Shown: piece after piece, positions 21,440 through 32,771 of the stretch
Layout of the letters: each line of letters begins with the position of its first letter
Numbering within the stretch: position 1 is the first letter of the stretch
Assembly: GCA_004431415.1 (NCBI GenBank)
Contig: QPMI01000312.1
Span: 1-61,686 of the forward strand
Length of the DNA stretch: 61,686 nucleotides
Reading direction: 5' to 3'
Source: Cyanophora paradoxa CCMP329
Lineage: Eukaryota > Plantae > Glaucophyta
The notes under the pieces: model-generated
Database searches by the model: none
What the model saw: only the letters and a program-made list of their open reading frames with translations
Told to the model about the DNA's origin: nothing
Translations under genes and position numbers: made by a program

Positions 21440-23065
21440 CTAGTAGCGGCCGGGGACGGGGGAGGGGCCGGCGGCGTACTGCCCGATGACTGCGCGGCCG
21501 CGGGTCAGGTTCGAAGGGGGGCGGGCGAGGGGGCGGGGGCGGGGGCACCGATGGGCTTGGGCGGGGGCAGGTCGGGCTCGCAGCAGGAGATGCAGGGGAG
21601 GCAGGAGGCGAGGAAGCCGGTCTGCTGGGGCCGGGAGACGTAGGGGACGGGGCCCTGGGGCGAGATGTAGCTGCGGTCGACGGGCGAGGGCGAGCCGACG
21701 GGCGGGGGCACGAAGCCGCCCTGGAACTGCTGGCACTTCTGCAGCGCCTTCGCCACGTGCTCGTTGAACTTGCTCGCGGTCTCCGAGCTGCCCGCACCAG
21801 CCCGTCAGCCTGGCGCGGCGCGGCCCGCGTCTGGCCCACGCCGGGGGCGGGGGGACCTGTCCGACGAGGCCGACTCCTTGGCCATGTGGATGAGGCCGTC
21901 GGGGCCCACGACGTACGTGATCTTCTTCCCGAACCACCCGAACGACGGGTCCGCCTTGAACTTGCTGCCCGCCCCGCGTCAGGCGGCGAGCGCAGGCGGC
22001 GAGGCTACGGGCGGCTCCGCGGGCGGGCGGGCGGACCGCGAGACCTCCCACCGGGAGTCGCAGAGGATGGCGAAGGGGATCTGCTCCGCGTTCGCGAACT
22101 CCTGGATGTTCCTGCGCGCCGGGTTTTACGGCCCGGGCGTCGAAGATCAAGGCGGGAGGGGCGCGCACGCGGGCGAGTCGGCGACGATTCCTGCCGGAGC
22201 GCCGAAAGGGAAGGATCGAAGGTTGGAAAGGAAAGACGCGGGCGGGCGGGCGCGGGACGCACCGATGACCTCGGCGCCGGCCTGCTTGAAGGCTTCGTAG
22301 TGCTTGGCGAACTGCTTGGCCATCACGCGGCCGGACTTGCTGCCCTCAGCCGTCGTGCCGAGGTCCGCGAAGCCGGACTGGCGTGAGGGTCAGACTGGGA
22401 GACTGGCATGGCGTGACGGCACAGCAGCCGCGCGTACCGAGTGGCGCTGGGCGGAGTTCTGGTAGAGCTGCCCGGAGCGGTTCACGGCGGCTGCGAACCA
22501 CGGCGTTGGCATCGGAACCGACCAAGCGCTCGAGCTAATTCGCCGCCGGCCGCCGGCCGCGCAGTCGGGCAAAAGCTCGAGTGAAGGGGCGGTTCTAATT
22601 CTAACCAGCGGCCGCCGCTCGCTGACAGGGAAACGACGGGGCTTACCATCGTTCACGATATCCTTACGCGAGCCCTTGAGCTGCGCGAAGAACGCGAGGT
22701 GAGACATTGCGTACGCGGTTTGCCGACTTCCTCCGCGAGTTTCCGGAAGCCGTCGCGTGGCTACGAGACACGCACCGGAGGGAAGAAAATCATGACATAT
22801 GGCTGGCGGCGGATGAGGCGATCGAAGTTGACCAAGCCCCCTGCCGACGGGGCACGTCAGGACACAACGGTCCACGCCGACCGCTCGCCGCCCCCTTCTG
22901 TTTATCGCAGACTCTAGTATGCAGAACCGATATAAAGGAAAGGCTTACGGACCCAACTGATCCTGCAAAACCTGCCGGACAGCAGTTAGTCAGAGAGTCC
23001 GCTGGACGCAACGAAAGCCAGCGCACCCAGCCCGAAGGGCACTGCTCGCCGACGCGGAGAGGCAT
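21440..23065 (-). CDS. Peroxiredoxin Q/BCP-fold (AhpC/TSA) protein lacking the catalytic cysteines, with a Cys/Pro-rich C-terminal tail
   Basis: Spliced MPLRVGEQCPSGW|VLQDQLG|GLVNFDRLIRRQPYVMIFFPP ... AKQFAKHYEAFKQAGAEVIG|IVADSP|NIQEFANAEQIPFAILCDSRWEV ... KITYVVGPDGLI ... HVAKAL matches the BCP/PrxQ pattern. Confidence 0.8.
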
Positions 23066-23332
23066 GTTGTGTAGTTACGGTTTTGAGCAGACCGTCAGTC
23101 CAACCGCCAGGCTCACCCGTGTCGTACCCCTCAAAGTTGTGAAGGTCCGCCGCCCCGCGCGTTCTGGGGCTAGCTTCGGGCCGGATAACGTTTGGGAGGC
23201 ATAGCTGTAGTGACTCGTGTCGTATTCACCTTCCGCTTGCGAAACGGACAGCGTTAACTGCCGACCCCTGCCTGCCAAACAACCGACCCCTGGCGGCGGC
23301 TGGCAGTGTATCTGACCGGCAATCGCAGAGAG

Positions 23333-24201
23333 ATGGCGAACTGGTTCTACGGCGACCACCCGAGCTTCGGGACAATTGAGGCGTCGGGCCCGATTGCGGC
23401 GTCGCCACCGCCGCCTCCGCAGTATGTGCCGACGGTAAGGCCTCTTTCATCGCCGCACAGCCACGGAGTAACTGCAGTTCGCTGAGCCGTTCGTAGGAGA
23501 AGCTCACAATCCCGCGCCACTCTGGGGAGGCGCTCAACATGCGGGTGAGCCGCGCCCTGACCCGCTGCCCGCCGTTCGGGCGGCCGCCTGGTGCCCTTCC
23601 GGAACGTGGCTGATGGCTTTTCGCAGCTCCTGCTCTGCCGCAACCCCGACTACTGGCAGTCGCACCAGCAGATGTGCCTGCAGGACGAGATGATTGCGCG
23701 GCGGATGCTCAACCTGCCCGGTGCGGCGCTCTTGCAACGACAGAGATATTCATGCGCGCGCCACTCACCTTCGGCCGCAGACTCCTACACTCAGAAGGCG
23801 CTGCTCCCGAGCCAGTTCCACGGTGCGGCGGCGACGGCGCGGTGCCCCCGCGGCGCGGGGAGGCGCTGATGCGGGCGGGGCGGCAGGCATTGCGGAGGAG
23901 GACCTGTCGCGGGTGCCGCTGTACAAGAGCCTGCCGTACCAGATCAAGCTGGTGGCGAACGAGGAGGACGCGGAGCAGGGCGAGGCGAGCGAGGAGGACC
24001 TCGGCGAGATCGCCGCCTTCGACGTTCCCGCCGCCGAGGGCGCCCCCGCCCCCGCCGACGAGTCCCCCCTCGTGCGCCCCGCCCCGCCCCGCCCCGCCCC
24101 GCCCGGCGCCCGGCGCCCCCTCGCGGATCCGAGCCCGGCCCGGCGCCCCGCCGCAGGACGACGCGACGTTCGACGCGGCGGAGGACGAGCTCTTCTGCTG
24201 A
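23333..24201 (+). CDS. Small hypothetical multi-exon protein with acidic C-terminus
   Basis: In-frame exon chain MANWFYGDHPSFGTIE|YVPT|EKLTIPRHSGEALNMR|LLLCRNPDYWQ...|...LSRVPLYKSLPYQIKL...DDATFDAAEDELFC*. An acceptor-like site just upstream means the start may lie further 5'. Confidence 0.6.
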
Positions 24202-24539
24202 GCGGGCCTCCAGCGCCCCCCGGCCCCCTTTCCCCCCTAGCTGCACCCCCGGCCCGTACGCGTGTCCGTGCTGTGGATTAGCAAGCGCGCCCCAAGACAT
24301 CGTGCCCGCCCGCCCTTCTCGCTGGTTTCTGGATTTGGGATTTAGCTGCACCGCCGAACCGGTTTTTAGCGGAGCCCGCCGGCTCTAGATCTGGCTCTGC
24401 CTTGCATCTGAGGCGGAACTGGCCCAGCGCTGTGTGCGGGTGACTGCGAGTACCCATGGCAAAATTGCAGACTACATACAGCGAATAAGAAGCGACCTAG
24501 ACTGGATGAAACTAGCGCAGAGCGGGGCGGAGAGAAGCG

Positions 24540-26045
24540 CTACGAGTCCATCTTGAGGTCCTGCGCATGCGGGCCGGCGGGAGGGACGGGGCGGCGTGAG
24601 GATCGGGAGGGGGCGTCGCTGGGGCCGGCCGCGCGCGGGGCGTGCCGGACCTTCATGAGGTCGGCGTACTCGGAGGGGAGGTCCCCCAGCTCCTCCCCGA
24701 GGCTGCTCGCCCCGGCCCCCGCCGACTCCGGGCCCCCCTTGAACTTCACCTGCGTGCCCGCGCCCCGCGGGGCCTCCGGTCGCCTCGGGCAGGCGCGGGG
24801 GCGCGCCCGTGCGCAAGGGCCTCGCACCTCGAACGGAACGGGCGGGGGGCCTGCGGCGCCGGGCGGGGCGGGACTTAATGCCAGGTCGGGGGGAAGATTG
24901 GAAAGGGGGACGGGTACGCACCGTTGGGGAACATCTGCATGACCATCGCGATCCGCTCGTGGATCTCCTCCCTGCCGCGCGCGGTCGAGGCCGGCCGCGG
25001 GGATGGGGGTACAGCGGCTCCTGCAGCGGGGTACGCACATCTCGGGGTCAGCGTCCCGGGCACGGAGATACGAGAAGTACGCGTTGTCGAAGTCCTTGAT
25101 CTGCGGGGGCGCGGGCTCGGAAAAGGGAGCAGGGGCGCGGGCGGGCGCCGGGCCCCACCTCGGCGGAGAAGTCGCTGCGCGGAAGCATCCGTGAGACAGA
25201 CATGGGCATACAGGAAGAACACGAGGACCGTACCCCGCCATGAAGTGGGCCTGCCCGAAGTCGGGGGCGAGCTTGCCCGCCTTAAGCGCGTCCTGTGCGG
25301 CCGACTTGAACTGCTCGAACGCCGCGAAGCACTGGGGGTAGAGGGACGGTTCACAGAGGCGCGGCGCGCGCGGCGGGGCGCCGGGGGCGCGCTGATCCCA
25401 CCATTGCGCGGTTCACGTAGAGCACATGAAGCTCCGTCGGCTCCGGCTTCAAGTCGATCGCCTGCCGCGAGCGCGCGCGAGGGCCGGGAAGGTCAGCACT
25501 GGGCTCCCGGCCTCCGGCCCGCCGCGCGCCGCGTCTCCCGTCCCCGTGTCGCCCCCTGTCCGACCCACCTTCGAGAACGACATGAGCGCGGACGACACAT
25601 CGCCCTCGCTGCGATTACATTCAGCCTATTGCCGAGCGAGCGCCCGCCGGCCGGCGCGGCGGCGGCACGCCGGAACCGCGTGCGGCGGCGGGCGCGGCGG
25701 TGAGGCGGCTTGGCGCCGACCTGTAGAACTTGATGCCCTGAGAGCGATCTCCGTCAGGCGCACTGGCCACGCGAGCTACGGCCGGGCCAGCGGCGGCTGC
25801 ACGCGCACCTCCTCAGCCAGCTTCTTCGCCTCGTCGTCGGAGGACGAGCACCGCACGACGAAGCTGGGCCGTTTGAACGCTGCCGCGGTGAACGTACGGA
25901 CTGCCGTTGCCTCGAACCGCCGGCCGGCGAAAGCCGTGCGCAGCCGGGACCGCGACGGCTCGGCCGCGCAGACTGCGGCGAACGGCGCCTGCACGCGGCC
26001 GACGCCGCTCCGGACCGACGGGAAGGCCGCGACGAAGTTGAGCAT
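24540..26045 (-). CDS. Plastid-targeted TPR-repeat protein
   Basis: Transit peptide MLNFVAAFPSVRSG...FVVRCSSS. TPR-like exons ALMSFSK|AIDLKPEPTELHVLYVNRAM|CFAAFEQFKSAAQDALKAGKLAPDFGQAHFMAG and FDNAYFSYLRARDADP. Confidence 0.8.
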
Positions 26046-26415
26046 GCTGGGTGGCTTCAGGAGTCCTGTACCCGTTGAACTCACCAGATCTGTACCCGTC
26101 AATTTGAAAACCGGACGTGCTGAGCTCCCAGCCCCTCCGCAGGCGCGACGGCGGCAGGAGAGCGTCGTAGAGCAGCCCGGCAACCTGCAGGCAGCGCAGG
26201 AGGGCCACCCAGCTCGGATCTCGGCGTCATTGTTTGAATCCGCAGGCTGGATCGCACAGCGGGACCAGCGGCCGCGGGTATGGGGCGGGCCGGCGTCGTC
26301 CCAGCAAGAGGACCATTCCAGGGCACTCTGTCACCCGTTGAGGAGGCGCGTCTGCGGCGGATAGTCTCGTTCGCCTAGTCGGAGCCTGAGAGCTCATGGG
26401 CCCGGGGCGCAGGCC

Positions 26416-29400
26416 ATGGACGAGTCCAACAGTCAGGGAAACAGCCAGGATCTTCGTGCTTCGCAGAAGATGAGCCAGGGGTTCTCTCAGAACCAGCTCA
26501 GCCAGGCGACAATGTGCACTCCCTCGGAGAATGTGCGTTACCTTCTTGACGCGGTCATTGATGCCTTAAGATGCGTTCACAACGTCTTGTTAACCGCCTC
26601 TCGCCGCCGATCAGACGTTCGCGTGCGAGTACGCCGGCAAGGGCGGAGAGTTTGTGCTCTTTAAGGCGGGGTCGGCGCCCCCGCCGAACCAGGAGAACAT
26701 GCAGCCGGGTCAGACGGGAATCACGGCGCAACAAAGGGCCCAGCAGCTCATGCCGCCGCCGCCGCCCGTCAAAGACGTGCGCTTCGTCGCTCATGCAGAT
26801 CACGTGTGCCACCGTCGCTGAACCGTTTCGTTTGCAGTTTCCGCGTCGTGAATCCCCCATGCTGCGCCTTCATCCTCCGTCGCCTGAGCGCGCTCTGCAT
26901 AAGAAGCGGCCGGGTTTGTTCTTCCTGTGGGACGCCCGGTCCCGCCAACTGACGAGCCGCCGCGTACGCAGCACACGAGGTGTCTCTTTCGCCTGTGGAA
27001 CGTCCATGGATCCCGGCGGAGTCGTACACGACGCTGTTCGACCAGGATCTGGACCTGGCGGGAGGTCAGCAGGACGCCGACGCCTCGACCTGCTGCTACT
27101 CGACTACGAACTCGAGCGGCGGCGATCTCTGCATGGACGAGGTCGGCGACGACAGCTTCGAGCGGGCGAACCCGCTCAACGAGTCCAGCGATGCCGGCGG
27201 CATCAGCGACGCCGCGCCGCCTTCGGCGACGCCGCGGCCGCCGAAGACGATGCCGCGCAGCAACTCCCTCGACTCAGACAACGGGGCGATGCCGAGCATC
27301 ACGCCGGCGCCGCAGACCGAGGAGGGCCTGGCCGCCCGCCAGCGCCACCCCTCCACCGTCAAGCACGACGACGGCGGCTTTAACCTGCACTACCGGCCGC
27401 AGTACCAGCGGCTTGGCTGCTCGTCGCCGGAGCGCGCCGCGGGGCTCGACGGCCTCTCCCCCGTCTCGGACCTGCAGAAGCTCGACATGCTCCTGAAGCT
27501 CTGCTGCCCGGCCACGAGTAACAAGAACCCATTTTCACCCAGCGAGGCGTCCCACCATGTGGGGGCCCGCGCCGACAGCCGGGACCGCCACTCGCTGCCC
27601 CAGACGCCTTCCAAGCAGACCCTCTCCCAGGTGGAACTCACGAAGCTCCAGATCCTGCAGACCTGCCTCCAGCGGAGTGCGTGCTCCTCCCTTCCCCTTC
27701 CTTTTCGTTCCTTTTTCTGAGATTCCCGCGCAGAAATCCAGGTCCCGGCCTCCCTCATCTCGCGCTACTCGGAGGACTTCGAGGAGGTGAAGGAGATCGG
27801 GGGAGGGCAGTTCGGCGCCGTCTACAAGTGCCGGCGCCGCGTGGACGGCTGGCTCTACGCCGTCAAGAAGTCCCGCAAGCGGATACGGGGCGACGCCGAC
27901 CGCAACACGGTGATGACCGAGGTTTTCGCTCTCGCCGCCGCCGGTCCGCTCCTTCTTTCCTTTCTTTCCTCTCCGTCTCCTCACTCGCGCCTCCTTCTGC
28001 AGGCGACCACCCGAACATCGTGCGCTACTTTAACGCGTGGCTCGAGGGCGACTACCTCTACATCCAGTTCGAGGCGAGCTCTCTTCCTTTCTCTTTTTGC
28101 TTTCCAGCTCCAGCGGCTGACCCGCCGCCCACAGCTCTGCGAGGGCGGCTCGCTGGCGAAGCAGCTGCAGGCGGGGCGGCGCTTCTCGGAGGCCGACCTG
28201 CGCGTCGTGACGCGGCACATCGCGGCGGGGCTCGAGCACATCCACAAGAAGAACCTCGTGCACATGGACATCAAGCCCGAGAACATCTACGTCACCGCCG
28301 ACGGCGTCTACAAGGTACCTCCCTCGCTCTCCCCCCCTCTTCCTCGCCCCCTCGACTCACCTCCGGCGCCAGATCGGCGATATGGGCATGACCTGCCCCG
28401 CCGACCAGACGAGCAACGTGCGCGAGGGCGACAACCGCTACCTCGCCCGCGGTGCGCCCGGCCGCCCCGCTTCCCGTCGCCCTCCTGCCCCCCCTGCTGA
28501 GTCGTCCGCTCCAGAGCTGGTGCAGGAGACGTGCAAGGACCTGAGGAAGGCGGACGTGTTCGCGCTGGGTGCCAGCATCTACGAGCTCGCGCGCGGCTGC
28601 GGCCTCCCGAACAACGGGGAGGAGTGGCAGAACATCCGCAACGGGTACCTGGCGCCCCTCCCCGGCTTCTCCGCCGAGTTCGTCGACCTTCTCAAGGTGC
28701 CCCCCGCCCTCCCGCCCCGCGCCCCTTCGAGGCCTCACCCTCGCCCGCAGGCGCTCATGCACTCGGAGCCGGCGCGGCGGCCGACGGCCGGCGAGCTGCT
28801 GAGGCACCCCTGGCTGCTGGGCGACGAGGAGCGGCATCGCGCCGAGCTGGACCGCGAGCTCACAGCTTCCCGGCGCGAGCTGGCGGCGCTGCGCGAGGAG
28901 CTCGCCCGCGCCCGCGCCGCCGCCGCGCCGCCGCCCACGCCTCGCCCTACGCCCTCGGGCCCCACGCGGCGGGGCCCTCCTACAGCCCTCCCGCCGCCGC
29001 CTACACCTTCGGCGCCGCCCCGCCGCCTCGTCCTTCACGTTCAGCAGCGGCTCGCTGAGCCAGGGCCAGCCCTCCTTCCAGCAGCCGTCCCCTCCCTCCT
29101 CCTCCATCTCCTTCCCGCGGACCTCCTTCGGCAGCGGCTCGGGCGGCTTCGGCAGCCAGAGCGCGCACGGCGGCTTCGGCAGCCAGCACGCGCACGGCGC
29201 CGCCGCTCCGCACGCCCACTCCCAGCCCGCGGCCTCCCCGCCCCCCGCCCCGGCGCCCCACGCGCCCTCGTTCCCGGCGCCCTCCTCGGGGGCGGCCGGC
29301 TCGAAGAAGCCGAAGGTGGCGGCGGGCGGGAAGAGCCTGAGCGGGAGCAAGCTGCCCTCCTCGCAGACATCCATCCAGGCCTTCTACCAAAGGGTCGACC

Positions 29401-29579
29401 GGAGCGCCTCGGCGCCGCACGGCGGCCCGCCCCTCGTGTCCCGCTCCCTCGACCTCGGCCTGCCGGGCTCGGCGCCGCACCCCTCCGCCCCCACGCACCT
29501 GCCGCGGCCCGCCACGAGCGGCGGCCCCGCCCCGCCCTCCGGCAAAGTTCGCCCGCAGCTCACGTTCCGCTCCTCCTGA
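26416..29579 (+). CDS. WEE1: Wee1-family CDK-inhibitory kinase
   Basis: SRYSEDFEEVKEIGGGQFGAVYKC, YAVKKS, HPNIVRYFNAW, VHMDIKPENI, EGDNRYLA, KADVFALGASIYE, LPNNGEEWQNIRNG. HMDIKP and EGDxRY are Wee1 signatures. Confidence 0.93.
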
Positions 29580-30031
29580 GCGGCCCGCCCTCGCGCGGGG
29601 GCGCCCGCCCCGCCCCCTTCCACCAGCCTCGCCTCCCGCTCATCGTCTTATTGGGAGGCGGCTCTATTTCGCCCCATATCGATACCGCCCGGCCCGCTTC
29701 TTTATGCAGCTTCGGCAGGTTTAAATTTTCGTTTTCCTCTCCTCGATCCCGCTCGACTACTTATACGTACTTTGATGAACATTCTTCAACGAGTGCCTTT
29801 TCGTTAGTCGCTCCTGTTTTCCTAGGGAGCCCGGACTTGTTTTCCGTGTCCTCGCCGACGTCTTGCCATAACCCCGCCCACAGCCGTAGCGTTAAGTTTG
29901 GTTCGAATACGAGGACGTTGTGCGAATCCGGGTCGGATCGGAGCGCGAGGGACTACGGTTAGGTTACAATTACGGGTACTGGCCATGGTGCTAGCGCACG
30001 AGTACAAGTACTGGGAGCCGAGGGGTGGAGC

Positions 30032-32507
30032 TCAGGAAAGGGCGGCGGGGACGGATTCCGCGGCGACGAAGGCGGCGGCGAGGGCGAGGCCGGCGGCGCC
30101 CAACGCGGCGCGGCCGAGCAGAGAGAGGAAGCCGCGCTTGCGGCCCGTGCCGGCAGTAGCCGCGGCCGCGCGCTCCAGCGCCGCCTTCTCGGCCTGGAGG
30201 GGTAGAGGGCAGTTCAGGGGAGGGCGAGGGGCGGGTGGGGTACAGGGGATCACCGCGAGGATGGCGGCGGCCTTCTCGAGGGCCTCCTTCTCGGCCTGCG
30301 GGGGGGCGTGAGGGGAGCCAGGGTGGGGGCCGGGGCCGGGGGCACCGCGAGGCGCTGGGCGGCCTCGGCCTGCGCGGCCTTCTCCGCCACCGCCCGCTCC
30401 AGGCTCGCCTTCTCCTCCTGCGCGGCGGATCAGAGGGGCGGGGCGGGGTGGGGGGAGGACGGGGAAAGAAGGCAGGCGCACGGCGAGCCGCGCGGCCGTG
30501 CGGGCCTGCGCGGCGAGCTCGCCCAGCAGCCGCGCGTGCGTCGCCGCCTTCTCCTCCTGCGCGCAGCCGGGGCTCGCCTTGAGCCGGGCCGCCGGCGGGC
30601 CGCAGGGAACAACCAGGATGAGGAGGCACCTTGAGGCGCTTGACGGTGGCGTCGGAGTCGCGCTTGCCGGCGCGCAGCTCCTCGACCTCCCGCCGCAGCG
30701 AGGAGCGCTCCGTCGGCGCAGGCGACGACGCCGAGCTGCGCGCCCGCCCCCGGATCAAATTTGAAGAGGAGCGGGAAGGGGGAGGGGGCGGGACCTCTCG
30801 CCCGCCTCCTCCTCCTCCTCGTCGTCGGCGTCCTCGACGAGGACGGAGGGCTCGTGCTCCGCCTCGTCCAGCACGGGCGCCGCCACGGACGCCTCCGCCG
30901 CCATCGAGAGCGACAGCGCCTCCTCTGCCGCCGTCTCGTCCCCGGCCGCCGCCGCCGCCGCCGCCGCCGTTGACGGCGTCGGGCTCGCCGGCTTCGGGGA
31001 GAAGACCTGGGGCGCCCGCAGGCGCGAGGGCGGCGCCTCCAGCCGGGCGCTGCGCGGCGAGGACTCGGGAGAGTGGGCCGGGCCTGCAAGGGGGCGGTGA
31101 GGAGCGCGGGGCGAGCAGCGGCCGATTGGCGGACCGGGGTCCGAGGCAGTGGAGGGGCTCGCAGGGGATGCGGGGAGGGCGGAGGCGCGCGGGCCCGCCA
31201 GCAGCGCCGCGGCGATCTGGCGGGCGTGAGCCGGGCCGGCCGGGCGCCCCGGGCCGAGGCGAGGAGGCCTCACCGAAATGCGCTGGTGGCGGCGGACGCC
31301 CTCGGGGCTCAGGTGCTTCTCGTCCGAGGCGTCGCCCGGCGCCAGGGTGAAGCTCACGTTCTGGTACGCCACAAGCGAGTCGTCCGGGCGGGCGCCCGCT
31401 GGCTCTGCCGGCGCCGGCGCAGCGGCGGGAGGCGGCGCGGCGGCCAGCGGGACGGGGGAGAAGACGCGGGCGGGGGACTCGCCGAGCGCGGCGTCGTCGA
31501 AGCTGAGGCGCTGCGGCTGCTCGCGGCCGGGGCTGCGGATGGCGCCGTGCACCGCCTGCACCGCGAACGGCGAGGCGACGGGGCTGCAGAGCGAGTCGGC
31601 GGCCGCCGCCGCGCTCTCCACGGGCGAGATCGCGGAGAGCGCGCTGAGGTCGAGGGTGATGGGATTGGCGGGATGGAGCCCCGGCGAGCAGTGCAGCTCG
31701 CCGTCCAGCGGGAGCGTCCTGCGACAGAGGTGAGATCGCTTAGAATGCGCGAGAGTGCCTCGACGCACTCGTCGCCCTTGACGGGCTTGCCGGCGGCGGC
31801 GGCGAAGAGAGACTCCTCCAAGGCGTGCGCAGAAACGCCGTCCCGGGCCGGGGAGGCGGCCAGAGGAGTGAGCGGCTTGCGCGTCGGGCGGTTCGACTTC
31901 GAGTCTGCAGCGGGCGCCCGTCAGCCTCGCGCCTCCCTCTGCCCAAGAGGAGGCGGCACCAGGCGAGACCCGCTTGAACGTCTCGCCATGCATCACCAGG
32001 ACGATCGACGCGCCGTCCGCGACGGAGCTCACGTCCTTGATAATTTCACCGGCCTCCGTGTAGAATTTGAAGCGCCGAGAGGGCAGCTTCAGCTGCGGGC
32101 GTATAAGACAACCACGGCGAGGCACGCGATGGGCTCGCACCTTCTTCACGCAGTCCTCAAAGAACTGCAATGAGAGAAATACAATTGTCATAGGGTGCAA
32201 AACGTGCAGGCGGACGTGCGCGGACCGCGTCGACATTTGATCCCGCCAGTTGCACAGAGGCGGGCGCCTGGCCGAAGGGCCCCGAGCGCCGAACTGTAAG
32301 GTTGCGAGAGGCTGCCGGCTTCAGCGACTGGGCAGGCACGTTCTCGTCCTGGGTCGTGTCTGGAGAGCAGATGCGGGTCAGGGACTTTGGCAAAGCGCTC
32401 AAGAAGTCTGCGCTGCGTTGCACATCCAACAGAAACGCCGCACCGAGTCCGAGGCTGGCCCGGCCCATCGAGGAGCGGCGCGGCTGCGGTGTGTGGAAGA
32501 CTGGCAT
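30032..32507 (-). CDS. Protein with a doublecortin (DCX)-like domain, disordered middle, coiled coil and C-terminal hydrophobic anchor
   Basis: FFEDCVKK|LKLPSRRFKFYTEAGEIIKDVSSVADGASIVLVMHGETFK resembles a DCX domain. Heptad-like EELRAGKRDSDATVKRL and AEKEALEKA follow. Ends RKRGFLSLLGRAALGAAGLALAAAFVAAESVPAALS*. Confidence 0.6.
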
Positions 32508-32771
32508 TCTGGTGCTCCTGGCGCCGGGGGATGCAAAGTCCCGCTGTGATCGATGATAGATGGTTTGGGGCTACGTGGAGCGCGCGCTTCGGCAGCCGGA
32601 CTGCTGCGCCGCTGTTTGCCGTTTGCGAATCGCGTACCCTTGTCGCCGGGGTAGAACTACTTTTCAGCGCTGACCTGTTCGCGTAGCGCGCTCCGCTGGC
32701 CTGCGATCGATCGTGCAGACGGCGCTGGTCACATTCGCGCACCTGAATCGTCGCGCTCCGGCCGGCCCATC

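Noticed and set aside
22707-23204. Plus-strand 165-aa ORF (MRTRFADF...) and a minus-strand start at 22707 (MSHLAFF...)
   Set aside because: The region is explained by 5' exons and introns of the minus-strand Prx-like gene, which starts at 23065. The ATG at 22707 lies inside an intron.
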